Below are positions 13,431 through 25,742 of a DNA stretch of 64,000 bases, piece by piece. Positions within the stretch are counted from its first letter, which is position 1, and each line of letters opens with the position of its first letter. Below the pieces are notes generated by a model. The model ran no database searches. It saw nothing but the letters and a program-made list of their open reading frames with translations, and had not been told where the DNA came from. Made by a program: the position numbers and the translations under genes. The stretch is from positions 21,056,818 to 21,120,817 of the forward strand of contig NC_081384.1 of NCBI RefSeq assembly GCF_030684315.1. Direction: 5' to 3'. The DNA comes from Stegostoma tigrinum. Its lineage: Eukaryota.

Positions 13431-16400
13431 ACAGGGTCTGACCAGCAAATTTTAGGACTCACATGCTGTTTGACTGGCAGCCTTTGGTAACACACTTTCC
13501 AAGTATCAAGATCTGTGATAGTGCAGGATGCTCACCGTAGCTCTGGTTGTAAACTCTTTACGAGCTGATTGGCAGGAGATCAGTTGATTTATCTCACTGC
13601 CGTTAACTTACTCACCCGTAGGTTTGGCAAAATATTGGAAAATATTTTGAAAACAAAGTAAATTCTTTCTCATTGTGAAATGAAAACAAAGAGTGAAAGC
13701 CAACAGTGAAAACTACCTAAGACTTATAAGAATTAACAAGAAGATAGGTCAGACTGAATTGTCAGGAGTATGTAATGTCAAGCTTCAGGTAAGGGGAAAA
13801 ATTTGCAAATCATAAAAGGAAAGAAGGAAATGACTAGCTAATTTACTTACTGTATCTTCTTAAATCTTTTATCAATTTATAAGATTTGATGATTGCCTAT
13901 CTCTCCTCAATTTTGTGCCCTTAGCTGTCAACTGATAGCATACACTGCCCTGGATTTTAGCATGGAGATATGTTCTAAGCTGTGTGAGATGGAGTGGAAC
14001 CTGTGGGCTTGACACCAGGAAACCCAACAAGAATGAATTTCTTGAATGTCCTGAAGAATTCAACTGGATGGCAGGTTTTCATTTATTTTTAGTTAGGTTC
14101 TTGGTGATTGGTTGGTAGGTTTCCTGTCTGACAGAAAGCTTGCTTCAGAAGACTGACACCAAAAAGAGCCTACACAGGCATATTGGAAACTGCGTGAGAC
14201 AGCAAGGAACAAGGCCTGAATTGTGAATGTAGTGATTGTGGACCAGTCCTCACTAGGGACTGGTTTCAATTTCAAAGGCAGCCTGTGGCATTCTGGGATT
14301 TGCTGATCTTGTGAAAGGGGCGGGGTCCTTTGGTAGTCCTGACTGCAGAACAATCGGCATCTGATTGCGTTCCAATTGGGAAGGGGATTCTTGATTAGGG
14401 AAAAATGCTTTGATGATGATTTAGGGTCCAAATTTTCTGGGAAATGGTGCCTGATGATTATTTGGGGCCCCAGTTGTGAGGACGAAAGACCCAACAATAG
14501 TCCACGAGTGAAGGATATCTGATGCCAGTCAGCAGATTCAGTGATCAGGATTTGGAATAGTCAGGTCAAAGGGGCAGTTTACAGGAAAGCCTGGGTAAAG
14601 CCCTCCCCTTCCTCTAAGATCAGAAGTAGTGGTGTAAAGACGTTTACCACTTGAAATCTGAGTTCCAATCACCTCTTTGCAGGTGATATGTTTCTTGAAG
14701 GCTCGGCAATCCAGCTACCTACAGTTAAAACTAGCAAATCTGCCAAAATTGTTATAACATGAGAATGGGCATGATAATAGATGGTGGATGGATACCATGA
14801 TGTAACAGTGACATTAGTGGTCAAGTGCAAGAGGCTGTGAAAGAAGGAAGGAATAGTCTGACCCAGTGAGAGATGCACTTATGGAGAACAGTGTTATCCA
14901 CGATAATGTCAATGAAACAGTTTTCAGAAATCTCCTTGAAGCAGACAGCAGACATTCACAGGTAAGGGAAACCAAGTCACAAGCTACCAACAAAGGCAAG
15001 GATAGCCATCTATCAAAAATGCAGGATAGAACCCCAAGGAACAAGCCACACAGCAACAAAAGCCCAAAATTAAGATAAGTATCTTAAAAATAATAGTGCT
15101 ATATTTATATAACTGTTTCACATGAGCATTGGTCATCACCATTCAATTCCATCTCTGTTGAAATTGCATTTTGGTGGACTCAAGGCAGATTTGTTCCTGT
15201 CCAGATTTTATGAATTTAACCCTCACAGGACCCTGTCATTGTGACTTTAAGATCTATTAAACTCTTTGCAGCCAAGGTGCCAGAAGAGTTATAACTGTGG
15301 ATTTGCCTACATGTAATACCAGTGCTGATCCAGGGTTCAATACCGGGAGTCAATTCCAATTTCCAGTTTACTTGAATTGAAGTTATGGATTAAGATCAAG
15401 AGGTGTGCACCTATATGTGAAATAGTTTTGGAATTTCTATCTTGATTACAAGTGTAAGCCATAAGACTGAATATTTTGGAATTACGATGAAAATAATAGA
15501 CCGACTAGCATGTTGCAGACGTATGAACCAAACTGTTGCAAATCAACTCCAAGCAGGGATTTGGTTTTTGCTGTGAATAAAGCTAACTGAAAAACTGTTT
15601 AAACTCTTCTGTAAAAGATACTGAAATCATGCTCCGTCATTTATATACAACCATTCAAAACACCTCTGCCATAGCTTGTTAATTGTTCCAATATGTTGTT
15701 TAACTCTTGAGGATAGTAGCAGACAGGCATTTGCCTTTATTTAACAAAGTTGTTGAACAAACAAGAAATAGCTTGATTACATTCTTGTTTCACTTCAAAA
15801 GGGATGTAGAATGAACTACACATTTTAACCTACAGTCAAATGTAATTTGTCATGGAAAGTTGTCCAGATGCGGGGTAATGCTGGAGAAAAGATAATTTGG
15901 ATTACCTGAATTCTAGGTGTTGGGGCTTTAAATTGTTGCCATTTCCTTTTCACATGGACTACAGATTGAGATGGTAACCCCATCTGCAACAAGCAGTAAT
16001 CTTTAAAGGCGTGGTTTGTTAAATAAACTTGCAATAAGCATATTACTTCACTGGATTTTGTATTTTTTGCTAGTTGTGAGACACTCAGAAGGCATAACTT
16101 CATGTTTCTTGCTATAACTGTTATTTTTAAGTAAAAAGATAAATGGATGATGATTTAAGATTCATACAAAAGATTTACAAAAATCCTAATGCAATTATCA
16201 AGATAAAGTAACTACAGTAGCTAAGATCTAATATCCTGGTAGTTCACTTCTAATTTTAGAAATTTGACCATCTAGCCAAAGGCCTGTGAACAAAGTGATC
16301 ACATACTTTCACTTATATGTGCAGCAGGACTTGATGTCGTCCTTGATTAGAGACTGGTGCATGGCTGCAGACTCCACTTGCAATAGTTCAGTGTTGCTTC

Positions 16401-18039
16401 TAGTTCCTACTGTCAACATCAGATTAACTGCTGTGTTTTGACCTTTTATTTAAACTTTTACTTGCCATAATGACAAGTATAATTCCAAATAATTTCTTGT
16501 GTCTAAACAGCCTAAAATTTTCCCTCTGTAAGGATTTAACACACTTTGATCTGTCAGAAACAATGCAATGTAAATAATGAAGGATATTGTAAGTAAACAT
16601 TTGTCTAGACTGACAGCAGATCTGGATTTTAGTGCATCATCATATCACATGAAGCTACAGTCTAAATTGCCTCAAATGTATAGTATCATTGCTGTGCAAA
16701 ATTATATGCTAAATAGAAATCTACCATTTAGTGAAGTTAACTAAACAACACCCTGACAAAGAGCTGGGCAGTCTATTTTCATATAGCTACTTTTCTTGAT
16801 GGTAACTCTAATTACAGCAATACAACTTTCAGAAGACCACTGTGTAAACTATTCTTTTTTACCTTTTTTCATACAAATCACAAAGTACATCTAAAATATG
16901 CATGCGTTCATTCAAAATTATATGCAAAAATTGACAAGGATGAGTTTTTACTTGTCAAAAGCTTCATAATTTCAGTAATTATTTACAGGCAGTTATATGG
17001 TTACAGGAAATAGGAGGTTGTCTAAGTGACTAAAAAATTGGACTGCAGACTGTGTCCATAAGTAGCAACCTATTCATAGATCATGACTGTTTCCTGTAAC
17101 TGCTCTAGTCAAATTGATCAAATTGACTTATCGCGATTAAGTAGTCAACTATTGCAATTAGTGGGCTCTAGTAGCATTAGAAGTGGTCCCCTCAAACCAG
17201 CAGGTGTGTTATTTTGATAGTCAACCTACTGAATCAAGGAATCTTGCAGCACCATCTGCAGCAAATCATTCCTGTGCTGGCTCTTTGAGAAAGCAGTTCC
17301 ATTCATTGCTCCCTTTCCCTATCGTCCTACACTTATTTCTCCTTTTGATGTATTCACCCAATTCCTTTTGAAAGTTACTACAACAGATTCGTAGACCACC
17401 CATTTAAGCAGCACATCTCAGATTATGCTAAATGCATTTTCTCTAACAGTTCAGAGCCAGAACATTATTTTCATTGAAGTCAAACTTGAAATGCCAGTTC
17501 AACATTGCTAGAAGAACAGCTGTGGTAGTCCATGATTGAAGAGTGTGGCTGAGTGTATTGAACCTCTAGCATGGCAATTACAGAAGGTGCAGAGAACCTG
17601 CAGGTGCACAAAAATTAGCATAACAGCTATACACCTTTCACAGCAAACATCCAACTTGATGTAAGAAACCGTTCATACAGTGCCCACACACTGTAGATGT
17701 CATATAAAAAAAGCTGCAAGCTTCGGGATATTATTATCTAAGGGGAAGACAGCCAAAGCAGGCACTCGCTTAAAGATCATATCATCCTACCAATCGGCTG
17801 GCTGCTGCTTGACTCATTGGCACAGTGAGTTCTTGGGTGTGCAGAAACAGAAAGTTTCTTCCTTTGTAGTATTTTTTAACACAGTCATTGCAGTTACGTA
17901 TGGCCATTCCAGATGGCCTGACAATTTGGGCAAGTGGGTAGCATTTCCCACTCAGCTACTTCTGTTGAAGGAAACCTATTGGGACAGAAGTTGAAGGATC
18001 AAGTAATGACAGAAGCAGAAACCGCAAAAAAGGACTCAT

Positions 18040-19270
18040 AAGGTTAAATCTTGTGTTTTATTAGCTAATTGTGAGTTGCATCAGTTTTTTTGAAAGGATT
18101 ACCTTGTTGAGGCCCAATGGGTTTTCTCACTGTATCAAGCCTCATTAACTACCTTCCCCACCAATTGCGCCCCTTACATTTGATCCTATCCCTATCTTAA
18201 AACACATTGTTGCTGGAACAACTTGCCATTTCGCTGATAGCCTCCAACAAACTGGTAACCCTTGCACCTGTGCCACTTTTAAAAGCCCGCTACATACCCA
18301 GACAAACAGTGTCAACCTGGGGTTGCCTCCAGTGCTGTTCCTGACATTTGCTGTAGACATGGCAGACAAGGGGGCATTTTGCATTCTGATTAAGGTGGAG
18401 CAGGGGGAAGATGTCCTGCTCCTGCCATTCAACACTGGCAATGGAGGTCTCACACCAGATTGACAACCTCTGACCAGGCTGGTACACTCAGGTCTATGCC
18501 ATCTGGAGTAATGACCAACAGTGTAGGAAGAAGATCTGTGTCATTCTCCACTCCACCAACGTAAGACTTAACCTTAATCCAAAGCTACCATTCTTACTAC
18601 TGCCAGCAATATCTTCCCTCAGCCATTCACTGTCACCCATCTCAACTTGGGAAGACAGAGCAAAGGGGATGTTGTAGTTGGCCATTAACCCTGCATGTCC
18701 TCTATGCTGCCTCACTCAGGACATCTCACCATCTGCACCACAGGTAACAGCTGTGCCATCCACTTTCACCTGCCTTAATACCTGCCTGTCTATTGATCAG
18801 AGGAAATCTGTCCACAGTAGGGCAGAAATGGTCAAACAGGTGGTGGGCTGCCCAAAAATGTCCTGTAATTGGCAACTTGCCGATGCCGAGTGAGAAACTC
18901 TCATTGTTGCTCAGCAAAAGTATGGAAGTAAGATGCTTTCCATATCAAAATAGGTCTCACCAGGCTTCTCACGTGATTCTGCCTCAGATCTCACCATATC
19001 CCACATTGCTCAGGCTGCTATATGATTCTGCCCAATATGCTGTAAGGTAGCACCATGATTTTACCAAAGCTCATTAGAGATGATGCTACTCTCTGTTAGG
19101 GCCCACAGAGAGATTCTTTTGCCTACTAATAGGAGGAATAAGACTGTCTAAAAGAACAAGAGCCTTGTCCTGAGATTGCAGAGGGTGTTAGCAGGAGTGT
19201 GGGGCCATGCTACAGGATAGTGTTGGAAGAGGTTCAATGACCTAATCAGTTCAGGGAATCATGCGCTCAG
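18040..19270 (+). mobile_element. Harbinger/PIF-derived element(s) with Myb/SANT-like remnants
   Basis: 5' end homologous to 6708-6850; QQCRKKI..|GTAAG at ~18517-18565; second remnant ..VRAHREILLP..EIAEGVSRS..CWKRFNDL at ~19060-19250. Confidence 0.55.
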
Positions 19271-20532
19271 GCACACAAACAGTGTGGCCAACAACAACAT
19301 CCACTTTGGTCTGTCTTCCTATGTTATTATTCCTCATAGCAACTGAACTTATAGGTATACATATCCCACATTACCTTTTCTCATCTCACCTGAGCAAATA
19401 AGATGAAAACAAATCCATATTATTCTGTAGCATCATACCCATCTATCACATTGACACTCATAAATATTGCCCATCCACCTATTCAAAACATTCTGATTTT
19501 ATGCTCATTCAGAGCATGCAGAAATTCCTAATGCCAAAGACAAGAGTCTCTGACTATACTTCAAGTCTCAGAAAAAGTTCGACCTGAAATAATCTTGTTT
19601 CCGGGATTGTTTGAGGGAAGAAAGCACAAGCTGGAGTAAGGCATTAATTGAGTTACACTTTTGACAGTATGATGGTATGCTGCATGACTAAACTATGTTA
19701 GTTGATGATAAACAGATACAGTATGTTCCATCTCATGCCTGATTGTTAATAGGTAAACAGGTGGTAGTATTAACATTTTAGTCACAGAGAGCTTTTCTGG
19801 CTCTGAAAGAAGGAATACAAAAAATACTGGAGATGAAAGGAAGTTATTAAATGAGGCTGAATGGACTGATTTCCTCAATTTGAATGATTCCATCTCTCCC
19901 ATGTAACTTCACTAATCCAACAAGTGAATCTATCAAGCCTTCATGGATTCAGTTTGATACAGAAATCCATCCAGTTACTAGTAATATGGGCAAATGTTAG
20001 TTTTGTTTTTCAATGATCCTATTACAGAATCATGGAATTATTATGGTGAAGAATCAGAACATTTAGCCCATTGTGCCTGCAGCAACTCTATTATCTAGGG
20101 CCAATGTCCTGCTTTTTCCCTTCAGTACACCATTACTATCCAAAAATCCATCCAATGCCCTCTTAAATGCCTCCACCACATTTCCAAATTCTGCATTCCA
20201 CACCCTAAATACTCACTCTCTGAAAAAAATCATTATCTTCATGACCTCCTCTTTCACCATGACTTTGGCAACATTTCCTTCTTTGGTGATGTCAGATGGA
20301 AAGTATTCATTTAATACCAGAATCAAACCTTCAGCCTCCATGTGTCGATCTCTTTTAATTCCCTGACTGGGCTCACTCTTCCTACTTTTTTATTCTTTAT
20401 GTACCTGTGGAAGTCATTTGAATACCCATCATATTAATTGTTGGTCTCTTCTTACACTCTTTCCTTGCTTCTCTTATTTACCTTTCACACATAACATACC
20501 TCAAACTGACATAGAAGAATGTTCATTCTACA

Positions 20533-20702
20533 TAAAAACCAAAAGAACTGTGGGTGCTGTAAATCAAGAACAAAAATAGAAGTTTCAGGTCCGGTGACCA
20601 GTTCTGAGGAAGCGTCACCTGGCTCAAAATGTTAACACTGATTTTTTCTTCATAGATGCTGCCAGATCTGCTGAGCTTTTCCAGCAACTTCTGTTTTTGT
20701 TT
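20533..20702. mobile_element. Penelope-like inverted-terminus insertion (older subfamily)
   Basis: 36-bp tail + inverted ends AACAAAAATAGAAGTT / AACTTCTGTTTTTGTT; decayed hammerhead core CTGAGGA at 20604; flanking ATTCTACA direct repeat. Confidence 0.7.
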
Positions 20703-21884
20703 ATTCTACAGCTCCATTGATTTATGCTTAAAATGTTGATGGTCAATAACTAGTGAAGATAACTTGAAGAGATTCTACTGTAATACATGCAATGAGCATT
20801 CTTTGTGGTTTTCATGGTGGGGGAGAATTGAAACTGACTGTGAGAATCCTCTACCCCTGTTTCATATGTCAGAAGATAAATATGCCACTTTGATATCCAT
20901 TGTTCTTAAATGCAACAATCTCCTTCAGAATACTTTTTTTAAAAAAATTCTTTGAGAATGCTTACTTATCCCTAAGTATATTTATACAGATGCTCTGATC
21001 TGTCTTGTGACTTAGTCAAGAGTCCATCACCTGGATTTTGTTGTTAACAACAAAGTGATGACACCTATTGCTAACCTCAAAGAGTGCGTCTCACAAACAC
21101 TTTGTGATCTCTCTTACATGGAATTTACATTCCTTGTATTAATTTCATTCTTGTGTCAGCTCTAAAAGATTTCTGACCTCTAGTTACAGCGATGTCATCC
21201 AGCCAGCTAAGTAACCACCACACTGAAGAGTTCTCTGAGACAACAGCTAGAAGGTCAGGGGCATGAGTCAACCCTCACTTTTTAATTATCTTACAGAAAA
21301 TCATTAGTAGATTGGGACATACTGTAGGAACTGGATAGAAGCTAAAATATCATAAGATTATAGATGTGGATAAAATAAGAATCTATAATTTTCTCTTCGT
21401 CATTATGATGAAATTTGATATCTCACAAATGAAGTTTACAGGGTCAGAAATAATGGTGAGCAATAATCATAGGTTAGTGCATTGCTAAAACCCAGTTGCA
21501 TCTCATTCCACAATGTGTAATTTCACAGGGTGACAAAAATGAACGTTCTCAACAAATCACTTCCAAGATATTCATCTTAGAAAAGCTAACAGCTTTATGG
21601 AGGTGCAAACAATCACAATTCTTCATTTCATTTCCACAAACTCGGAGATCAGACATCGGTTTCATGAAGCAATGATGTCACATATTTTAGTTGTTGATAT
21701 GACCACAAAATCTGAATCATTGTTCATCTATGAGCCACATATGCATGTTAGCAATGCACTGTTTTGTTGAAAACATCATTGCCAAGCTAAGTAATGCTCC
21801 CCCTTGATTGCTGTACACTAAATGGTGATGTCAACTTGGAAAACCCCCATTGTTAATTTGTTTCTCTCTTTGCTACCTTGGGAT

Positions 21885-21975
21885 ACAAGGACCAATCATT
21901 TGTTCCATTGCTCCTGCTGAAATCAGCTAGCTCAGTATAAACTCATGATTAAGTAAAGAACTTTAGTGGTTTATT
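21885..21975 (-). mobile_element. LF-SINE-like relic
   Basis: Minus strand ...CTGAGCTAGCTGATTTCAGCAGGAGC...ATTGGTCC matches the LF-SINE core as recalled. Confidence 0.45.
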
Positions 21976-22054
21976 TGTTGCAGCATTTTGCTATTTATCA
22001 GTGTTCCAAAATGTCCATTAACTATTGCAGCTATGCAAGTATTCCTATATTGCA

Positions 22055-22277
22055 GAGATAATGGGAACTGCAGATGCTGGAGATTCCAAGATAATAAAAT
22101 GTGAGGCTGGATGAACACAGCAGGCCAAGCAGCATCTCAGGAGCACAAAAGCTGACGTTTCGGGCCTAGACCCTTCATCAGAGCCTCTGATGAAGGGTCT
22201 AGGCCCGAAACGTCAGCTTTTGTGCTCCTGAGATGCTGCTTGGCCTGCTGTGTTCATCCAGCCTCACATTTTATTAT
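22055..22277. mobile_element. Young Penelope-like inverted-terminus insertion (palindromic)
   Basis: 36-bp tail 22055-22090; perfect 93-bp inverted arms 22091-22183 / 22185-22277; TSD TATTCCTATATTGCA at 22040-22054 and 22275-22289. Confidence 0.85.
22187..22214 (+). ncRNA. Minimal type I hammerhead ribozyme core (PLE-type); mirror copy on - strand at 22154-22181
   Basis: CUGAUGA-A-GGG(UCUAGG)CCC-GAAA-CGUC: conserved boxes, stem II, palindromic ACGU in place of stem III, GUC cleavage triplet. Confidence 0.65.
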
Positions 22278-23419
22278 TCCTATATTGCAATTCTATTTGC
22301 CCAAATAAATCAAAATACATTTGATTTTACAGTTGAATTAGGCTTTCTAATACAAATTATTACGCCTTAACTTTAATAAAAGTCACTGCATATTGATCGA
22401 TATGCAACTGTTACACGATTTGAATAAAACATTGATTTTCAAATTCTTCAAGCATCATTCCCCCAGGACTGCTATGACTGAGAATTACTAAATAAAGAAC
22501 CAAGATCACAAGCCCATGAAATAGCAATATATGAAACATAAGCTTATGTATTATACCACTGAACTGGCCAATCAACCATTTTGATGAAAGAATAAAGATG
22601 CAGGTGATCTAGATGAGTATTTTCAGCATTTTATGTTTCTGAAATATTATCAATCCAGTATGTTGAGGTGCCATTTCAAAATATATATCATGTATACTGC
22701 TGTTGGGCACTTGAACTAATCATCCAATGATTTGTGAAATAGGTATTATAATTTTGTTCACAAAAGCAATGATAAATGCCAATTATAATTTCTAGAAAGC
22801 GGGAAGATGGTATTTGCATTATAATTGTAGTCAACCTTTCTAAAGTGTTATAGTTCATCACAACAGGTGAAAATAACAGTAGTTTCTAACATACAGAAAG
22901 TCAACTCTTAAGTGCCAATTTAGTTAAAGTTGCTGTACATTTGGGTTAAGAAATTCAAACCGTGCACTGATGAGACTGCAGCAACTAATTCCTCATTTGA
23001 ATGACCTGGGACCTCATTTCTAACAAGCCAGAAAGAAGACACCAACTTACGGGTGAATTAGGCCATTTCTGCATTACAGTCACAATTAGCCTGATGAGGT
23101 AAAAGCCAAGAGGAAACGGTGGCATTATAGGTGTGGAGGATATGCTTTCTTCACACTATACATCGTTCATAACAATTCAAATTTGACATTCCATAAAGTG
23201 CAGTAAAGATCAGCTTCTTTCAATACACTACATGAGCTACTTCACCACACTTGCTGTCACAGACTATATTTACAAAAACAAACATTTGCAGTTGCCAAGG
23301 GGTTCTACAAATTGATCTTTTGGTTTTTAAAGACAGTGTAGGTCCTGTCAGCAATACTGGAGTATTAGATGATTGTTTAGTGCTTAACAAAAGTCTGTTG
23401 GTATAGTATGGTATACTAG

Positions 23420-24725
23420 AGCTTTAGCCATTGTCCTCCTCTTGTTGAGCATTTGTGACACTCATACAACCTTTCTGCAGGTCTAGGCTTAGGCTGCAAA
23501 ATTCAAATCATCAATTGTTCTTTGCACAACACGGCCAAGAATTTGCCGACCAGCTAAAGATGATCTTTTACAAGCAGGTAGTCTTCCAGCACCTGTTGAT
23601 AACTGTTAGAGTATGTATCCCTATGAATACCTTGTAGACCACTGAATCCTGTGCCTTAGAGCTGAATAGGATGAATGTTTACAAAAATCTATTGCATCTT
23701 TTTCCAGGTCTCTTTTGCAAAGGCTACTATCCAGAACTAGAAGGGTGACAGTCTCTTTCCCATTTCTGACAACTCAGGGCTGCAGTTCATTGAGAGGTGA
23801 GACTCTGTTGTGCAAGAAGGACAACTCTTCTCGCCACCAGCCAAGACATGGTGAGAGTTAGAACATTGATGCATGGAAGAAAATGACGCATGCTGCATTT
23901 GACATTTTCAGCAAGCTTTCTGACAGCACCCAGCGTTTCTTTTTTTCCTGGAGGGTATCAAGGATGTTATGTGTGATCCATTGCCTGAAGGACTTATGGT
24001 CAAAAAGTAGATTTTTTGCACAACCGTTCAAATGTTCCACCATGGATAGATTGTACAGCATGGTTTGACTGAATGTAACATTCCTACAGTAAAAAGGGCA
24101 GGTCTATCTTTCAGATAGAACATCAGCACGTAGTGGCACCTGAAGTTTGTGTGGCAAGAGTCTATACACAGCTTGATGCAGTTACTCATAAAAATGGCCT
24201 TCAGGATTAGGATGGAATTAGGTCCATTTTCTCACCTTATCTAGAGATTTATACGTTATGTTTGTGGGGTAATAGTCCATTTTTGGTCCCCAAGTAAGGT
24301 GGACGGAAACTTCAGAGGCCACCAAAGAGCTGAAGTGCATTATAGACCAGATCTGCACCACAAATACCAACACTAAGAGTTCCCCATTCCTAATGACTAG
24401 ATACCTACTGCAAGAAGGAACATCACTCCCACATGCCTAGCAAAGGGGATGCTATGAATGGGAACAGAAGGGACCAAGATTAGCTTGCTTTCCTTGAGTG
24501 GGAGGTCCAGACGGACCATCTGCCTTCTCCAGATATTTTCAAACATCAGCTTGCTGGTAGTGCTGTACAGGGCCTCCCATTTGGCTGTATAGACCAGGGT
24601 TGCTCCTACTAGCTACTAGGGCCAGCAGTCTCAGGCAGCTAACCTTGCAGTTGAGGCTCTCTAAAGGGGCTACATCACTTACATGCTTATATAACCATAT
24701 TGTTCAGTCCCCCACTGCAAGATTG
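23420..24725 (-). mobile_element. Tx1/L1-clade LINE ORF2 fragment (decayed)
   Basis: Minus-strand FDHKSFRQWITHNILDTLQEK and downstream zinc-knuckle-region remnants (..AFAKETWKKMQ). Confidence 0.6.
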
Positions 24726-25742
24726 GTCTGACCTACACATTGATCCTTTTGATCTTTAGTGAGAGTGAACGCCCTGCCAGCAATATTTGAGTTTTTGCTG
24801 ATTATTTAGTGCTTAACAAAAGGGCAGCTGTGCTTTTAGATTATGGTATCATCTTTGCCACATATCATGAATTAACCGCTTCCAGAATGGGGATTGTGAT
24901 TTATTTAATTATTTTGGAGTTGCTCATGCTTACAGTTGAATTTTTTGTGTGAACGTTAAAGGATCCAGTGGACTGAGTTAGCTCCATATGTTTTTTATTT
25001 ATGGAGTGCCACGTAGATGTCAAGTTCCAGGAATGTGCAAAGAGAATGCAGAGCAAAATCTAACTGTAAGTTAACCCTATCCTACAAACATTTTGCTAGA
25101 ATATGTAGACAAATTGTTTCATGCCTTAACAAGAACTGGTGATCAGTTTTTTTTATGCACCCAAAAAATTAAATACAAATTTATATTCATTGGAATTTTG
25201 AAAAACAAAAATGATATTTTAATATATATTCACTTAAGAAGAGTTTGCAAAGAGTGAAAAATTATTGCATTCATGCTCACAATCTGACCATTTAAAGAAA
25301 AATTCTCTTTCCATCTCAAGTTGCATAGACCAGGTCAATATTTTATAAGCTTCCTCTTAAGAAGTTGGAAAGTAAGGGCTTTTAAAGGTTACAGCAAGTC
25401 TAGTATTTTATTGACTGTGGACATGGTAGGAAAAAGGTCACTTCAATGTTTCAGGGGCTATTTTGGGGGTAGTGACTCCACATTTATTCTATCAAAATGT
25501 TTCATATTTTAAAATAAAAGTATTAAATCTCCTTATAGTCTTCTTATGGTAATGAATCTGGTCTCAATGTGTAAGGTCTCCATGCAACTGCACATTCCCA
25601 GCCCTGACATTGCGATGGACAGACTACATTTTATACTGTCATGGCTTTCGTTGTCTATATTGTGGCAGCCTTAAGTTCACTAACTGCAGCTAAGCCAGTG
25701 TTTTGCATAAATTCAACATTAATTCTTTACTCTTGTGCTGTA

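Noticed and set aside
23091-23118. CTGATGAGGTAAAAGCCAAGAGGAAAC hammerhead-like string
   Set aside because: GAAA does not follow stem II directly, and there is no stem III, NUH site or stem I
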